From: Akkermansiaceae bacterium
Lineage (GTDB): Bacteria > Verrucomicrobiota > Verrucomicrobiia > Verrucomicrobiales > Akkermansiaceae
Direction: 5' to 3'
Length of the DNA: 64,000 nucleotides
Assembly: GCA_051251915.1 (NCBI GenBank)
Contig: JBPOGF010000002.1
Coordinates: 192,001 to 256,000, forward strand
How positions within the stretch are numbered: the first letter of the stretch is position 1; each line of letters starts with the position of its first letter. The notes beneath the pieces were generated by a model. It worked only from the letters and a program-made list of their open reading frames with translations, was not told the origin of the DNA and made no database searches. The translations under genes and the position numbers were made by a program. Positions 1 through 9,883 of this stretch are shown in pieces.

Positions 1-920
1 TTGGCGGCTTTTAGGAAGCTTTGCCAGAGGCGTTTGGGGATGTCTGGGAAGGGAGAGTAGGTGGCGACTTGGCGTTTGCCGGCTTGGTTTCGCTGGTCGG
101 TTATTACTTGTTGTGGGTCGATTTTAGGGACCCAGTTGATGGCGATTTGGAATTTGTAGCCGAGGTCTGAGAGTGTGCGGGCTCCCCAGGCGGAGATTTT
201 TAGGATGCCAGGGCCGCTCATGCCCCAGTGGGTGATGAGGATGGGGCCTTCGCTGGCGAGTTTTGTGCCGGGGATTTTGACGCTGGTGTGGGCTACGGAT
301 AGGCCTGAGAGGTCGTGGAGGCGGGAGTCTTTTATTTTGAAGGTGAAGAGTGAGGGGACGGGAGGGGTGAGGGAGTGGCCTAGGTTTCCTGCGAGCTTGG
401 CGCCTGCTGCGAGGCGGGTGCCGCCGGTGGCGATGAGGATGTTAGAGGTTGAGATGGTGTCTCCGTCTTCGGTGATGATCATGTAGTTGTTGTCGCCTTC
501 TATGAGGATGGCTTCTACACCTAGTGAGGTGCGGATTTCTACGCCGGCTTTTTCTGCGGCGTTCATGAGGGTTTCGATAATGGTGAGGGAGTTGTCTGTG
601 GTGGGGAACATGCGGCCGTCGGCTTCTGTCTTGAGTTCTACGCCGCGTGAGGTGAACCAGTCGATGGTGTCTGAGGCTTGGAAGCGATTGAAGGGGCCGA
701 TGAGGGATTTTTCTCCGCGGGGGTAGTGTTTGCTGAGGGCGCGTGGGTCTTGGCAGTCGTGGGTGACGTTGCAACGGCCGCCGCCGGAGATTTTTACTTT
801 CTGGAGGAGCTGGGATGATTTTTCTAGGATGAGGACTTTGCTGTTAGAGTTCTCTGCGCAGGTGATGGCTCCGAAGAAGCCGGCGGCGCCTCCGCCGATT
901 ACTATGAGGTCGTATTTCAT
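1..920 (-). CDS. HI0933/YhiN (BaiN)-family NAD(P)/FAD-dependent oxidoreductase, 3' end outside the window
   Basis: Not in the ORF track. Manual translation from ATG at 920: MKYDLIVIGGGAAGFFGA...KVKISGGGRCNVTH...EADGRMFP, with the Rossmann and family motifs. Confidence 0.9.
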   Translation of the reverse strand, partial: MKYDLIVIGGGAAGFFGAITCAENSNSKVLILEKSSQLLQKVKISGGGRCNVTHDCQDPRALSKHYPRGEKSLIGPFNRFQASDTIDWFTSRGVELKTEADGRMFPTTDNSLTIIETLMNAAEKAGVEIRTSLGVEAILIEGDNNYMIITEDGDTISTSNILIATGGTRLAAGAKLAGNLGHSLTPPVPSLFTFKIKDSRLHDLSGLSVAHTSVKIPGTKLASEGPILITHWGMSGPGILKISAWGARTLSDLGYKFQIAINWVPKIDPQQVITDQRNQAGKRQVATYSPFPDIPKRLWQSFLKAA

Positions 921-938
921 GTTGATTTGTATAAAGTG

Positions 939-1238
939 TTAGAGTGGGTATGGGCCGTCTGTGTCTTGGCCGTGCCAGCCTAGTTTGCGGAATGCGTTGA
1001 TGATGGAGATGAGGGTGTCGTCTTCGCTTCCGTCTGGGGCTTCTTCGATGGTGGCGCGGGTGGTGAGGCCGTTTGCGGATTCGATGGAGATGACGGTTTG
1101 TTTGCCTTCGAGGTTGATCCAGTCGCCCCAGGTTTGTTTGTCGTGGGTGGCGGGTAGTTTTTGCTTTTTGAGCGCATTTACTACTTCGCGGATGGTTGCT
1201 GGTGGCTCGGATTCTGGGATGTGGACTTGGGTTTCCAT
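939..1238 (-). CDS. Hypothetical protein, 99 aa
   Basis: Non-overlapping ORF ending 18 nt upstream of the oxidoreductase start, on the same strand. Confidence 0.7.
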   Translation of the reverse strand: METQVHIPESEPPATIREVVNALKKQKLPATHDKQTWGDWINLEGKQTVISIESANGLTTRATIEEAPDGSEDDTLISIINAFRKLGWHGQDTDGPYPL

Positions 1239-1293
1239 GGTGGATTATTTACTGTGAAATATGATTAAGGGGGAGTGGTGGATGTTGGTGATT

Positions 1294-1376
1294 TTTGCTT
1301 GGGTTTTGACCTGCGGTGCTGGCCACGGAAGGCGCTGAATTACACTGAACTTGGTTGATGGAACGGAACTTGGGTA
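1294..1376 (+). repeat. Modular intergenic repeat, copy 1
   Basis: 27-nt block 1294-1320 is identical to 3181-3207; followed by the degenerate triad CCACGGAAGGCGCTGAATTACACTGAAC. Confidence 0.8.
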
Positions 1377-1387
1377 GTTGGTGCATG

Positions 1388-2608
1388 TTAGTATATGGGG
1401 AGGAGGTGCCCGGCTTTGAGGGTGGTGTTTGGTGGGACTTCGGTGAAGCCGTGGGTGGCTTGGAGGGAGATGTAGTCGCCGGAGTTGCGGGGTGGGTGGA
1501 TGGTGAGTTGGCCGTTGTTGGTTTTGTAGGGGAGGATGCCTGTGAGGGGGAAGTTCCAGGTGAAGTCTGTGGCTAGGGGGAAGTTTTGTTGGGCTTCTGT
1601 TTTCCCTAGCATTTTGCGAAGGGTGGGGAGGACGTAGCGGTGCATGGTGGCCATGACGGATACGGGGTTTCCTGGGAGTGCGAAGATATTCAAGGGCTTG
1701 CACTCGCTGTCGTTCGTCCGCAGGGGTGATTTTTCTGTTGTCCAGAATGCGAAGGGTTTGCCGGGGCGTTGGGCTACGCCGTGGAAGGTGGGTTTTCCGA
1801 GGAGTTTTTCTAGGAGGGGGGCAACCCAGTCGAATTTGCCCATGGAGATGCCGCCGGTTAGGATGAGGGTGTCTATTGTGGGGTCTGTTAGGGCGGCTTT
1901 TAGTTTGGCTTCGATGAGATCTGGATCGTCTGGGAGGTGTTGGTCTGTGACGGTGCCGAGGTGTTGGGAGTGGATGAGGGAGGTGATGGCGGTGGGGTGG
2001 GAGCGGCGGATTTGGTAGTCGGTGGGTGTTTCGTGAGGTGGGATGACTTCGTCTCCGGTGGTGATGAGGTGGATGCGGGGGAGGCGGGTGACTTGTAGTT
2101 GTGTGGCTCCTGCGCTGGCGGCGATGGCGAGTTCGTTGGGGGTGAGGGTGGTTCCTTTTTTTAGGAGGATGTCGCCTGTTTTGCCGTCGGTGCCTTGTTG
2201 GTGGATGTGGTGGTTGTCGTCTACTTCGATGCCGTCGTGGGGGAGGGCGTAGTCTTCTGTGATGTCGTATTTCTCGACTGGGATGACGGCGTTAGCGTCT
2301 GTGGGGAGGGGGGCGCCGGTCATGACTTCGATGGCGAATTCTCCTTTGGGGAGGGTCATTTTCTGGGCTCCGGCGGCTTGGGTTCCGATGATTTTGTATC
2401 TCCAGGAGCCTAGGGCGTGGTTGTAGGTGTTGATGGCGATGCCGTCCATCATGACGCGGTCGAAGGGTGGGGCGTCTCGGTCTGCGAGGATGTCTGAGGC
2501 TAGGACTCTGCCTAGTGCGTCGCTGAGGGGGATTTTCTCTGAGTCTAACAGAACCTGACTTTTTGCAATGAGTGCGGTGGCTTCTGCGGTGGAGATGAGT
2601 GGCTGCAT
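1388..2608 (-). CDS. moeA: Molybdopterin molybdotransferase MoeA
   Basis: PPFDRVMMDGIA, VMTGAPLP, TTGDEV, TGGISMGKFD, QRPGKP and LPGNPVS motifs. Confidence 0.95.
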   Translation of the reverse strand: MQPLISTAEATALIAKSQVLLDSEKIPLSDALGRVLASDILADRDAPPFDRVMMDGIAINTYNHALGSWRYKIIGTQAAGAQKMTLPKGEFAIEVMTGAPLPTDANAVIPVEKYDITEDYALPHDGIEVDDNHHIHQQGTDGKTGDILLKKGTTLTPNELAIAASAGATQLQVTRLPRIHLITTGDEVIPPHETPTDYQIRRSHPTAITSLIHSQHLGTVTDQHLPDDPDLIEAKLKAALTDPTIDTLILTGGISMGKFDWVAPLLEKLLGKPTFHGVAQRPGKPFAFWTTEKSPLRTNDSECKPLNIFALPGNPVSVMATMHRYVLPTLRKMLGKTEAQQNFPLATDFTWNFPLTGILPYKTNNGQLTIHPPRNSGDYISLQATHGFTEVPPNTTLKAGHLLPIY

Positions 2609-2615
2609 GGGGTGT

Positions 2616-3116
2616 TTATAGCAAGTCTCGCGGGACTATAAACTCTAATATTTGGCCTTGGCTGTAATCTAGGTTTTGCCAGGTGTCTGTGTTCCACTGG
2701 ACGACGAGTGTGGCGCCGGTGGGGTAGTCCTCGAAGCGTGGGTGGCTGGGGTGGTGGCGCATCATGCGGGCTAGGCGGTATGCGAGTTCGCCTATGCCCG
2801 GGTTGTGGGCGATGAGGATGATGGTGTCGTCCTCTGCGGTATCGATGTTTTGTAGCAGGGTGTCTGAGGAGGCGTGGTAGAGTGCTGGGAGGATGGAGGG
2901 CTCGATGTTGAGTTTAAGGTTGGCGAATGTCTCTTGGGTTCTGAGGGAAGATGAGACTAGGGCCTCTGTGGGGGTAAGTTTTTGTTCGCGAAGCCAGGTG
3001 CCGAGGGCTTTTGCGGAATCCTTACCTCTGGTGTTTAGTGGTCTGTCATGGTCAGAGAGGGAGGGGGAGTTCCAGTCTGATTTGGCGTGACGGGTTAGGA
3101 TGAGGGTTTTTGGCAT
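2616..3116 (-). CDS. sixA: SixA-like histidine phosphatase
   Basis: RHAKSDW, DHDRPLN.RG, RTQET and HNPG motifs. Confidence 0.85.
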   Translation of the reverse strand: MPKTLILTRHAKSDWNSPSLSDHDRPLNTRGKDSAKALGTWLREQKLTPTEALVSSSLRTQETFANLKLNIEPSILPALYHASSDTLLQNIDTAEDDTIILIAHNPGIGELAYRLARMMRHHPSHPRFEDYPTGATLVVQWNTDTWQNLDYSQGQILEFIVPRDLL

Positions 3117-3130
3117 GGCTTTGGTGGTTA

Positions 3131-3297
3131 TTTTTTTACCGCGAAATACACTAAATACACGAAAGTTTGCTTGGGTTTTGTTTGCTTGGGTTTTGACCTG
3201 CGGTGCTTACCACGATTCGCACGAATTTTCACGAATATGGCTTGGGTTGTTGGCTTGGGTTGTGGGGGAGATTGGAAATCTAGGGCACTTTGGGCAC
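3131..3297 (+). repeat. Modular intergenic repeat, copy 2 (two CAC triads plus a REP-like motif)
   Basis: 47-nt block 3131-3177 is identical to 23074-23120; GGGAGATTGGAAATCTAGGGCAC matches 23877-23899 at 22 of 23 positions. Confidence 0.85.
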
Positions 3298-3298
3298 T

Positions 3299-4873
3299 TT
3301 AGCGGATTCTTTGGAGGAGCCATGGGAGGAGGTCCTTGATGGCGATGCGCTCTTGTTCCATGGAGTCACGGTGACGGATGGTGACGGTGTCTTTTAGGTC
3401 TTCAGATCCTTCTTCTTCTCCGAGGGTCTCGAAGTCGATGGCGATGCAGAATGGTGTTCCTACTTCGTCTTGGCGACGGTAGCGGCGGCCGATGGCTGCG
3501 GCTTCATCGTAGAATACGTTCATGAATGGTTGGAGGAGGTTTTTGACTTCCTTTGCCTTGGCGACGAGTTCTGGTTTGTTTTTGAGGAGTGGCAGGATGG
3601 CGGCTTTGATGGGGGCGATGGCTGGCTTGAAGCGCATGACTGTGCGTTCGTCTTTCTTTCCGCCTTCTTTGGTGAGGTCTTCTACGTGGTAGGCTTCGCA
3701 GAGGACTGCGAGGCAGGTGCGGTCACATCCTGCGGATGGCTCGACTACGTGAGGGACGAAGCGCTCGTTGGTCTCGGTGTCGATGTACTCGAGGTTTTTC
3801 TTGGAGTGTTCTTGGTGTTTTGAGACGTCGTAGTTACCGCGGTAGGCTACGCCTTCGAGTTCTTGGATTCCGAATGGGAATTCGTATTCGAGGTCGTAGG
3901 TTTTGGATGAGTAGTGTGCGCGCTCGTCGTCTGGGACGTCGAGGACGTGGATTTTCTCACGAGGGACACCGATTTCTGTGTAGAACTGGAGGCGTTTTTC
4001 TAGCCATTCTTCGGTGAGGCGTAGGCCGTCATCTGGGTGGCAGAAGTATTCGATTTCCATTTGCTCGAATTCGCGTGAGCGGAAGGTGAAGTTACGTGGG
4101 TTGATCTCATTTCTGAATGCTTTACCGATCTGGGCGATGCCGAATGGGAGCTTGATGCGTGAGGTGTCTAGGATATGCTTGTACTGCACGAAGATGGTCT
4201 GTGCTGTTTCTGGGCGGAGGTAAGCGACGTCGCCACCTGTGGCTCCCATTTCAGTTTGGAACATGAGGTTAAAGTCTTTTGCTTCGCCGAGGAGTGATCC
4301 GCTTTCTGGGTTGTAGGCGATGGTGTCAGTTTCCTGGGTGGTGGATTCGCCTGTTAGGGTTAGCTTTTTGGCTGGGACTTCTTTGTTGTTCATGAAGTCC
4401 GCGTAGTAGTTCTTGGCTATCTTGCGGGCGTTGTTTTCTCCTTGGTTAGGGTCGGTGATGAGGACTGAGTAGTCTCGCTCGATTGACCAACCTGATTCTT
4501 CATGTGATGCGCCGGTGTAGTGGTATGCGGTGCCGGTTTGTGGGTCGATCTGGTCTGCGCGGAGGCGTTCCTTGGTGAGGAGGTCTGAGCACATTGGGTC
4601 TGAGAATCCGCCGACGTGGCCGGATGCTGTGAGGACTTCTTTGTGGGTGAGGATGGAGCCGTCCATGCCGAGGATGTCGTCACGTTCTTGGACATTTTTG
4701 CGCCACCAGTATTCTTTGACGTTGCGTTTGAGCTCGGTACCGAGTGGGCCGTAGTCCCAGCAACCGTTGAGACCTCCGTAGATTTCTGCTGATTGGATGA
4801 TGAAGCCCTTGCTTTTGCAGAGGGATACGATTTTTTCCATTTTCTGCGGATCTGTGTTGTCTTTGTTAGCCAT
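3299..4873 (-). CDS. glyQS: Glycine--tRNA ligase, homodimeric type
   Basis: YLRPETAQ, QIGKAFRNEINPR, FRSREFEQMEIEYF, VVEPSAG and IGRRYRRQDEVGTPF motifs. Confidence 0.97.
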   Translation of the reverse strand: MANKDNTDPQKMEKIVSLCKSKGFIIQSAEIYGGLNGCWDYGPLGTELKRNVKEYWWRKNVQERDDILGMDGSILTHKEVLTASGHVGGFSDPMCSDLLTKERLRADQIDPQTGTAYHYTGASHEESGWSIERDYSVLITDPNQGENNARKIAKNYYADFMNNKEVPAKKLTLTGESTTQETDTIAYNPESGSLLGEAKDFNLMFQTEMGATGGDVAYLRPETAQTIFVQYKHILDTSRIKLPFGIAQIGKAFRNEINPRNFTFRSREFEQMEIEYFCHPDDGLRLTEEWLEKRLQFYTEIGVPREKIHVLDVPDDERAHYSSKTYDLEYEFPFGIQELEGVAYRGNYDVSKHQEHSKKNLEYIDTETNERFVPHVVEPSAGCDRTCLAVLCEAYHVEDLTKEGGKKDERTVMRFKPAIAPIKAAILPLLKNKPELVAKAKEVKNLLQPFMNVFYDEAAAIGRRYRRQDEVGTPFCIAIDFETLGEEEGSEDLKDTVTIRHRDSMEQERIAIKDLLPWLLQRIR

Positions 4874-5300
4874 TGTTTTTGGTGGTTATAAATTATTTAT
4901 GTTTGGGATGTAGCAGTTCTGGCTGGAAGAGCAAAGGCATAATGGGGGTAAGACGTAGATTTTGATATAGAGGTGGGTGGGGTATCCTTTTGAAAATGCC
5001 GAGAGCTCAGAATCCATGGAGTCTATACTAATGTGGAGCAGGGGTGATTAAGTTGGGTGTGGCTCGTGAGAGGTGCTCTAGGTTATTCTTGTGGTTTTAA
5101 AGATTAATTAGATATGGTCAGTAGTTTGTTTTTTAAATCTCCTGTAGTTTTTAAAAAAAACTTGATTATTTGGGTTTATTGATTAATAGTTAGTTTGTAA
5201 TAAATAAGCCGAAGATAGTTCATGCCGCAGTTCCGAGCTTTTTTGAACCTCATTCAATCAAGTATTTCCTCAATTAAATATTAAGTAATTATACTATATT

Positions 5301-6113
5301 ATGAAACGTATTATATCGTCATTAACGCTTCTGATGGCTTGTGCCACAGCTGAAGCAGGCACAGTGATCAATGAAGATTTTTCTAACGATTGGGGAGACT
5401 TTACAGCCCTGAACAACACGCAGGTTATGCCTACGAATAATGGGTTTCTAGAGTTCACTAGTACTAATAATCAGGGCTCAGGTGTGATTTTGGATTTCCT
5501 GGATGATTTTCCTGGCGACATAGCTAGTGACACAGCTCCGCAAACGCTCTATTTTGAGATCAGTGTTGTTGTTCCTTTAGCCGTGCAGAACGCTCAGGAG
5601 GAGCTTGGGTTCTTTCTTGGGCCTGTGGTGACAGAAGCTCAATCTGGAGCGATCACTACTGGGCAAAACACCAATGGTTTCACATTCTATATCAACGATG
5701 GGGCTGTGTTTGCTCCAGATAATAGTCAAGGAACAGCTTATACTGGTGCTGGAAATGGTCAAGCTGTCAATCTTCTCTCTGGTCTAGCTGCTGGCTCAAT
5801 AGCCACCTTTAGTCTTGAATGGATGCCGGTCCCTGCTCAGAACTCTGGACAATCGAATAATGTCTTCACTCTCACTGTGGATGGCTTTAATTCTAGTGGA
5901 GTGGCTATTACGGCTTCAGAAACTTTTGATGGTGCACAGAACCGCAACAATGATGATGTCAATGATTACCAGTTCGTGGCATCCACTACTACGGGTCTCA
6001 CGGCTTCAATTGATAATTTCACGGTATCTAATATGCCTATACCAGAGCCTTCTACCTCTCTGTTGACCTTGATCTGTGTTCCTGCTTTATTATTACGTAG
6101 GCGTCGTGACTAA
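5301..6113 (+). CDS. PEP-CTERM sorting domain surface protein, Asn/Thr/Ser-rich
   Basis: N-terminal signal peptide (ATAEA); C-terminus IPEPSTSLLTLICVPALLLRRRRD. Confidence 0.92.
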   Translation: MKRIISSLTLLMACATAEAGTVINEDFSNDWGDFTALNNTQVMPTNNGFLEFTSTNNQGSGVILDFLDDFPGDIASDTAPQTLYFEISVVVPLAVQNAQEELGFFLGPVVTEAQSGAITTGQNTNGFTFYINDGAVFAPDNSQGTAYTGAGNGQAVNLLSGLAAGSIATFSLEWMPVPAQNSGQSNNVFTLTVDGFNSSGVAITASETFDGAQNRNNDDVNDYQFVASTTTGLTASIDNFTVSNMPIPEPSTSLLTLICVPALLLRRRRD

Positions 6114-7774
6114 TGAATTTATGCGGACAGCTAAAAGGCAGGATCTTTGTCTTTATTTTAATCGCCATGGTTGTCATGGCGATTTTTTTTCCTATGCTCT
6201 CATATGGTTGGCTGGGAATTGAGGATACATCGTACTATCAAACTAACCCTCTTTTTGGTCCTGGTAGGCTTCTGGATCGGCTGTTAGCTTGTTGGTTTCA
6301 CTCACCTGATTCTAACTATATGCCGCTCACTTGGAGTGTCACTGTTCTCTTGGATGATGCGACATCTCATAGCCCTCAAGCGTTTCATGCGTTTTCACTT
6401 GGTCTTCATCTTTTAAATAGTTTACTTGTCTTCATTTTATTAAGTAGGTTAAAGCTTAGGCTTGTTCCGACAGTGATAGTGGTTCTCATCTTTGCGCTCC
6501 ATCCGCTCCGAGTGGAGGCTGTGGTTTGGGCTTCTTCTATTAAAGGTCTGCTCGCAACTTGTTTTGCTCTTGGTGCCATTTTGGTTCAGATGAGTCCTAA
6601 GATTAGATATCGATCTACTCTTATGATCGGCTTCTTTTTGCTATCATTACTTAGTAAGCAAACTTTATTTCTACTTCCTTGTGTTCATTTTTTGTTGGCG
6701 TCTGCTTTACCTGAGTATCGACTTAAGAAGGTCACTTATGTTGGGCTAGGTGTCTTAAGTATGCTGGGTGCAGTGGCGGCTATGAATGCCAACGCGGGAA
6801 ACTCACTTCTTGCAGTGAATCAATTTATTGATGGTAGGGTGGCTCCACTTAAATCTTTGTCAGCATTGGGGCATTACTTTAAGATGCAGTTTTTTCCTTA
6901 TCCATTGTTCCCTGAATACCCAGCAAATCAGCTATGGTGGCAGGTTCTGATAGGTGTTCTATGTTTATTTCCTGTGGGGGGGTATGTTAGGAGTTTCTTT
7001 AGCTCTGAGCGTCCGTCACTTGCTGTAAGTTTGTATGTGTGTTTCATTGTTCTTATTTTTCCTACGTTGGGTTTTGTGACTACGCCCTTAGAGTTTGCTG
7101 CAGATCGTCTTAGTTATCTGCCTAGTTTATTTTTCTGGGCCGCGCTGGTTCTGGTTATTGCACAGAGTTGTTCGATGGTGTGGTGTAGAAGAGTCTTTTC
7201 TGTGACTGCGCTGCTCTTTATTGGGTTTTTGGTGGCTCTAACTCATCGTCAGCTTAGTCACTGGAAAAGTGACTCAGCTCTCATTGCTCATATTTTGCAT
7301 CATGAGCCTGAGCACTATTTGGCTAATCTGCATCTCGCCAATAAGCTTGCGCTTGCAGGAGATTTTAAAAATGCGCTGCCTGTTGCACGAACTATCACTG
7401 AGGTGCATCCCCATCGATACGGAGGGCAGCAGACTCTGTCAGGTATTTATCTTAGTATGGAGAGTCCTGCTGCTTCATTAGAGGCTCTGGAAATTTGCTT
7501 ATCTCGGGAATCTCCGATCACGGCGGATCTTTATCTGCTTCGTTGTGGTGCTTTACGAGCACTTGGTAGGTATGTGGAGGCTCTTAAAAGTTGTGATTTA
7601 GCTAAGAGGAACGGCATGGATCTTCTTACGGTTCATTATCATAGAGCGCTTACTTATCATGACTCAGGAGAGGAAATGGAAGCTCAGGATGAGATAGAGC
7701 AAGCTCTGTCAATTGATCCGCAGTCTTTGCGGGTTCTTAGGCTTAAGGTGTTGATAGAGTCTGGTAATAGGTAG
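6113..7774 (+). CDS. TMTC-like GT-C membrane glycosyltransferase with C-terminal TPR repeats
   Basis: Multiple TM helices; ED...NP, NYMPLT, FALHPLRVEAVVW, LLSKQ and AADRLSYLPS motifs, then a TPR-like tail. Confidence 0.8.
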   Translation: MNLCGQLKGRIFVFILIAMVVMAIFFPMLSYGWLGIEDTSYYQTNPLFGPGRLLDRLLACWFHSPDSNYMPLTWSVTVLLDDATSHSPQAFHAFSLGLHLLNSLLVFILLSRLKLRLVPTVIVVLIFALHPLRVEAVVWASSIKGLLATCFALGAILVQMSPKIRYRSTLMIGFFLLSLLSKQTLFLLPCVHFLLASALPEYRLKKVTYVGLGVLSMLGAVAAMNANAGNSLLAVNQFIDGRVAPLKSLSALGHYFKMQFFPYPLFPEYPANQLWWQVLIGVLCLFPVGGYVRSFFSSERPSLAVSLYVCFIVLIFPTLGFVTTPLEFAADRLSYLPSLFFWAALVLVIAQSCSMVWCRRVFSVTALLFIGFLVALTHRQLSHWKSDSALIAHILHHEPEHYLANLHLANKLALAGDFKNALPVARTITEVHPHRYGGQQTLSGIYLSMESPAASLEALEICLSRESPITADLYLLRCGALRALGRYVEALKSCDLAKRNGMDLLTVHYHRALTYHDSGEEMEAQDEIEQALSIDPQSLRVLRLKVLIESGNR

Positions 7775-7827
7775 GAAGGAGAAAGATGCTTTGGGATGAT
7801 TGTTTTTTGTGTTTTCTCATTCATTAT

Positions 7828-9045
7828 CTAATTTAGCTTTAGGCGGAGGGCAAAGATGGCGCCGATGATGCAGCAGGTGGTGTAGAGCATCATGGGGTAG
7901 ATGGGGGCTAGGGACTGGAGGGGGGCGGCGATGAGTCCTAGGATGATGATGAGGATGGCGATGATGGTGTTAGAGGCGGAGACGTAGTCGGTGCGTTTGT
8001 CTCCTTCGGCGGCATCGACTACCCAGGTGGTTCTGCCTAGGCGGACGCCCATGTAGCCGATGTTGAAGAGGAAGAACATGATGGGCCAGGTGAGGGGGCG
8101 GACGGCGAGGGCTGGGAACTGATAGAAGATGATAATGGATGCGATGCCGGCGAGGGCTGCGAGTAGGCCGCCGAATGCCATGGAGAGGTGGCTGGCGCGG
8201 TCTGAGAAGTTTCCCCAGATGAAGGATGAGACTGCGGTGGCGAGTGCGCCTGCAACGATGAAGGAGATGAGGGAGTTTGTGCTTGAGCCGGCATGATGTG
8301 CCATGACTACGAAGATGGGGGATGCTAGTGCGGTGCCGAGGAGGAGGGTCCTGGCGAGGATGAAGTTTCTGAATTTGGGGTCATTTTTGGCGAGTGATAG
8401 GCGGTGGAGGATGCCTAGTTTTGGGTTTTCTGTGGTGGGTGATTTGTCTTCTGCTGGTTCGTGGACGAAGTGGTAGGAGATGCCGGCGAGTAGCCACATG
8501 AAGCCGGCGCCGATGATGATGGAGGCGAGGAGGGTGGGGTCTGATTGGTCGCGATTTGTTAGTAGGATGATGGCGAGGAGGGTGGCGAAGATACCGGAGA
8601 GGGTGGAGGCGATGCCGGAGAGTTTGCCTCGGCTTCCTTTGGGGATGGCTCTACCTAGGATATCCTTGGAGGTGATGGAGCAGAAGGCTCTGGCGGTGGC
8701 GAAGAGGGCGAGTGCTAGGATGGCGGTGTAGCCTGCTATGGACGGGGAGAGGAATAGGGCGGCGAGGCCAATGGCGGTGATGCAGAGGAACTGGGCGATG
8801 AGGCCGGTGGTGTAGATGGGTTTGCGTTTGGGGAATTTTTTGATGAAGGTGGCGAGGAAGATTTGGGGGAGCATGGAGCCGGATTCGCGGATGGGGACGA
8901 GCATGCTGACGGCGAAGGCGGGTGCGCCGAGGGCGGAGAGTAGCCAGGTGAGGATGGTCTTGGGGTCTGAGAGGGTGTCTCCGATTCTGATGAAGCAGTT
9001 CGATGCGATGATGGAGCGGAATGAACGTTTTTGGAGGGGAGTCAT
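7828..9045 (-). CDS. MFS transporter
   Basis: 405 aa with about 12 TM segments; LVPIRESGSMLPQ and WGNFSDRAS motifs. Confidence 0.85.
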   Translation of the reverse strand: MTPLQKRSFRSIIASNCFIRIGDTLSDPKTILTWLLSALGAPAFAVSMLVPIRESGSMLPQIFLATFIKKFPKRKPIYTTGLIAQFLCITAIGLAALFLSPSIAGYTAILALALFATARAFCSITSKDILGRAIPKGSRGKLSGIASTLSGIFATLLAIILLTNRDQSDPTLLASIIIGAGFMWLLAGISYHFVHEPAEDKSPTTENPKLGILHRLSLAKNDPKFRNFILARTLLLGTALASPIFVVMAHHAGSSTNSLISFIVAGALATAVSSFIWGNFSDRASHLSMAFGGLLAALAGIASIIIFYQFPALAVRPLTWPIMFFLFNIGYMGVRLGRTTWVVDAAEGDKRTDYVSASNTIIAILIIILGLIAAPLQSLAPIYPMMLYTTCCIIGAIFALRLKLN

Positions 9046-9190
9046 GGTGTGATTGTTTTTTTTTGGGGTGAGGTTTGTTGGGGGTAAGTGAGATTTAGCA
9101 AGTATTGGGGGAGGAGAAAAGAATTATGGGGAGATAATGTTTTTTTATGTGGTGGCTGTGGTGGATAATGTTTTATAGAAGGGATCAGTT

Positions 9191-9814
9191 ATGGAACCTT
9201 GGGTATTAGCATTTGCATCTGCGCTTTTTTCAATCATGAATCCGATTGGGAATGCGGGTATCTATGCGAGTATGATTCCTAATATGAGTGATGCTGAGTC
9301 AAGAAAGATAGCTTGGAAGTGTGCTTGTGCGGTGGTGATTATCCTTTTGATTTCTACGTGGGCGGGGGCTTGGTTTTTGAAGTTGGCGGGGATTAATGTT
9401 CATGAGTTACGTGCTGCTGGGGGGCTTATTGTGCTACTTATTGGTCTGCGGATGTTGTTTAATGATACTTCACATGCTCAGACTGAGAGTGAGGCTGAGG
9501 AGGCATTAGAGCAGGATTCTATTGCGGTGGTTCCATTGGCAATTCCTATTATTGCGGGGCCGGGTACGATTTCATTAGTGATAGCGACTGCGGGGCAGAA
9601 TGGGGGTTTTGAGAGTCATGTGACGATTAGTGCGATTTGTGTTCTTTTTGCTGGTGTGATAGGCGTGGTGTTTTCTTTTGCTAAGAAGATGTCTGCTTTG
9701 ATAGGGGCGAATGGTATGGCGGTGGTGACTCGTGTGATGGGGATGATTTTGGCTTCGATAGCGATGGGGATGTTGGCGTCTGGAGTGCGTGGGTTATTTC
9801 CTGAGGTTTTTTAG
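9191..9814 (+). CDS. MarC family membrane protein
   Basis: IMNPIGN, AGGLIVLLIG, VPLAIPIIAGPG and TRVMGMILA motifs. Confidence 0.93.
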   Translation: MEPWVLAFASALFSIMNPIGNAGIYASMIPNMSDAESRKIAWKCACAVVIILLISTWAGAWFLKLAGINVHELRAAGGLIVLLIGLRMLFNDTSHAQTESEAEEALEQDSIAVVPLAIPIIAGPGTISLVIATAGQNGGFESHVTISAICVLFAGVIGVVFSFAKKMSALIGANGMAVVTRVMGMILASIAMGMLASGVRGLFPEVF

Positions 9815-9883
9815 TTTTTGGTGTAGGTTGTGATGGGGGGATTTATTTTGAGGTGGGGTTGGTTTCTTGCTTGAGGTTTTGGG

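Noticed and set aside
4874..5300. T-box or riboswitch upstream of glyQS
   Set aside because: No T-box consensus or terminator/antiterminator could be seen.
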